A stretch of 53,191 nt of DNA, counting the filler, from Bipalium vagum (lineage: Eukaryota), in NCBI GenBank assembly GCA_037834085.1. It is 3 parts of 3 records of this genome, joined end to end, with 100 filler letters (N's around TTAATTAATTAA, not from the genome) between each part and the next. Parts side by side here need not be neighbours in the genome. Positions count along the whole stretch, not along the records: positions 36,310 to 53,191 come from JBBMKC010088462.1; 2 more parts are not named here. One strand, 5' to 3'. This document shows positions 50,911 to 53,191 of the stretch, piece after piece. Position 1 is the first letter of the stretch. Each line of letters starts with the position of its first letter. The notes under the pieces were generated by a model. That model ran no database searches. It saw only the letters and a program-made list of their open reading frames with translations, and was not told where the DNA came from. The translations under genes were made by a program, and so were the position numbers.

Positions 50911-51461
50911 TACAGGGTTTATAAACTCAATTCAAATTTTTGTAACCTCATTTCAAATTGTTGTAAATCAATTTCAAAAATAAATAATTATAAATAAAAA
51001 TAAGAAAATGTATTACATATATTTACATATAAACATTTAATCATCATAGATGAGCTCCTTATTAATAAATTTTGTTAGGAATTTAAACGTGTCTGTAATA
51101 AGAATTACACTAATCAGCGCCTTGTAAATTTCCTATGTTGTCCATCAATCCAAATAAATCTTTTTTATTTTTCAGGACGAGTTTGTCTGATGCTTTGTTT
51201 CCATTTTGAGAATAAGTTCTCAATAGGATTTAGAAACGGAGAATACCATTTCACGTATGACTGTCGATTTGTGGAATGGAACATTGTCAATTATGATTAC
51301 CACAGATTATCCATGTTTTCGAATTAAATCTTATGCTATTAATAAATTCGTCTAATTAGTGTAATTAAACAATGTAGCTGAGAAAATATGTATTTGAAAT
51401 GAGATTACAAAAATTTGAAATTGAATTAATACAAATTTGAAATGAGGTTATAAACCCTGTA
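50911..51461 (-). mobile_element. Internally deleted Tc1/IS630-like element with paired TIRs
   Basis: TACAGGGTTTATAA at both ends, inverted; internal - strand IIDNVPFHKS and YSPFLNPIENLFSKWK (DDE_3-like). Confidence 0.85.
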
Positions 51462-53117
51462 TATATAATACAGAATAGATTAAGAGTAAATTTATTTATT
51501 TTATATAATTTTATTTATATATATAAAATTCGATAAAAAATGTTAACTGATTACCATCGTTTGATATATAATACACAAAATACCAGGAATATATATGAAA
51601 CGCTAATTTTTGATTATTTGGTTTAGTGATTCCAGGACAAATAAGAGACATTAATAAAAAATCTCAATCTTTGTTACAATTTTTTAAAACGATTCTGATC
51701 TAATTGTCCAATAAAAAGACCCAAGAAATTGGCAATTTTAAGATTTTTAGTCAGATATTGCAATATTTCATAATTAAATCATGGCGATAAAGGATAAAGT
51801 TGGGCTATGGGTATGTTCTGAAGTTTGTCGATCATTTAAAACAAAAATAAGATGAATAGGCTTACAACGGATTGATATACGGTATAAAATAATAAAGATT
51901 GCGGAAAAACTTCCATTTAACTTTAAATCATGATGGATAATGTTGTAATAAAGAGTTAAAATTAAAAAATCAATCTTCACTTTATTTTATTAGAAAAAAA
52001 TCTTAAGATGCAGGAAATTAGTTTGAAACTAGTTTTTTCATTTGTTAACTTCTCTAAATTTAGTACCAGACTCCACTTTTTCCTAAAGTTTAGCTAATTT
52101 CATGCAAGGAAAATATCACGAACAAAGTCTTCTACAACTCCATCTCAATGCAATTTGCAGATTTCTATAAAGCAATATAAATTAACTTCCCTAAAAATAT
52201 TAAAACACGATTACAATACGGGGAATAATTCTGATTAAATGATTTTTTTAGAGAAAAAACTGTTATATTAAATCGGAATTATCATATTTAAGCAAAATGT
52301 TTAATGTTTTGAAATAAACTGGTTAATTCAGAAAACTTAAGATCAAATAATTTACTATTTTGATTGAAAAAATCAGCTGTTGTGTTATATGTAATTTTTA
52401 TATTGCAGACTACCAAGTCATTTTATCATTTTGTCACTATTTCAACAATTATTTTATCATGACAGAACTGATTTATTCAATCAACGAGTGTCCATTTGTA
52501 AATTCGATTACTGGAAAACCTATCCTTGGAAGAAATAATATTGATTTGTTTTGTTCACTGTCTATTAAATATTAATCAATTCAAAATATAAAAAAATCTA
52601 TTTTTAATAATAATATAACAATAAAATGTAACAAAAATCAATGAAATTTTTCATAAACTCCGAATGAATCTTTCTGAAAAAGATGGAAAGAAAAATCTCA
52701 CAGAAATAAACGAGTTAATTCAATTGAATTCAATAGATCATCTGTATACTTTTCTATTTTTACAAATATGTTATCAGAAATTTTAAATATTATTATTTTT
52801 TTAGAAAATATCTAATTTTTTACGGATCAATTTAGCTGGTAACTAAATATGCGGTAAACAAGAAAAGAAAATTAAAAAGGAAATTATTTTTTTCATTTCT
52901 GATTCGGAAAAATGAAATGAAAATTTTTGATTTTTGATAAATATATATTTTAAATTAATTAATAATATTAAATAATAAAATTCACATTCAAAGAAAACTC
53001 GATAAACCTTATAAGTTATTATTATTTTTTCTAATAAGATACCTGATGTTTCATTTATTTATAAAAATGAGATCTGTTTTAGAATCCTTACTGTTCGATA
53101 AAAAAGCTCTTTTAACA

Positions 53118-53191
53118 TACAGGGTGTTTCATAAGTAACTGACATTTTTTAAATGAATGATTTATTATTAAATTTTTAATTCTTGGAATCA
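53118..53191. mobile_element. Start of a Tc1/mariner-type element, truncated by the window end
   Basis: TA-CAGGGTGTTTCATAAGTAACTGAC; same TIR family as 55-80. Confidence 0.65.

Overview
This is very AT-rich eukaryotic DNA, probably from a free-living flatworm such as a triclad planarian (inferred from composition, 42-52 nt mini-introns and dense mariner relics). It consists of three segments (1-16272, 16373-36209, 36310-53191) joined by identical artificial 100-bp linkers (44 N + TTAATTAATTAA + 44 N), so adjacency across the linkers is unproven. Segment 1 holds 13 internal exons (about 2,020 codons, AAA2 to AAA6) of an outer-arm axonemal dynein heavy chain (DNAH5/DNAH8 type, + strand). Segment 2 holds a complete 7-exon mitochondrial processing peptidase alpha gene (PMPCA, - strand, 517 aa by my splice model). 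Segment 3 has no host gene I can recognise. Most other recognisable sequence is decayed transposons: mariner DD34D, maT DD37D, Tc1/IS630-like, pogo/Tigger, two Merlin (IS1595/ISXO2-like) elements, a mariner MITE, an hAT-like scrap and a Ty3/gypsy pol fragment. The most unusual observations are an ankyrin repeat in one ORF with a gypsy protease region, and two Merlin transposase genes each interrupted by a host-sized intron at a different position. I see no convincing intact, novel multi-gene system. All calls come from manual reading, with no database searches.
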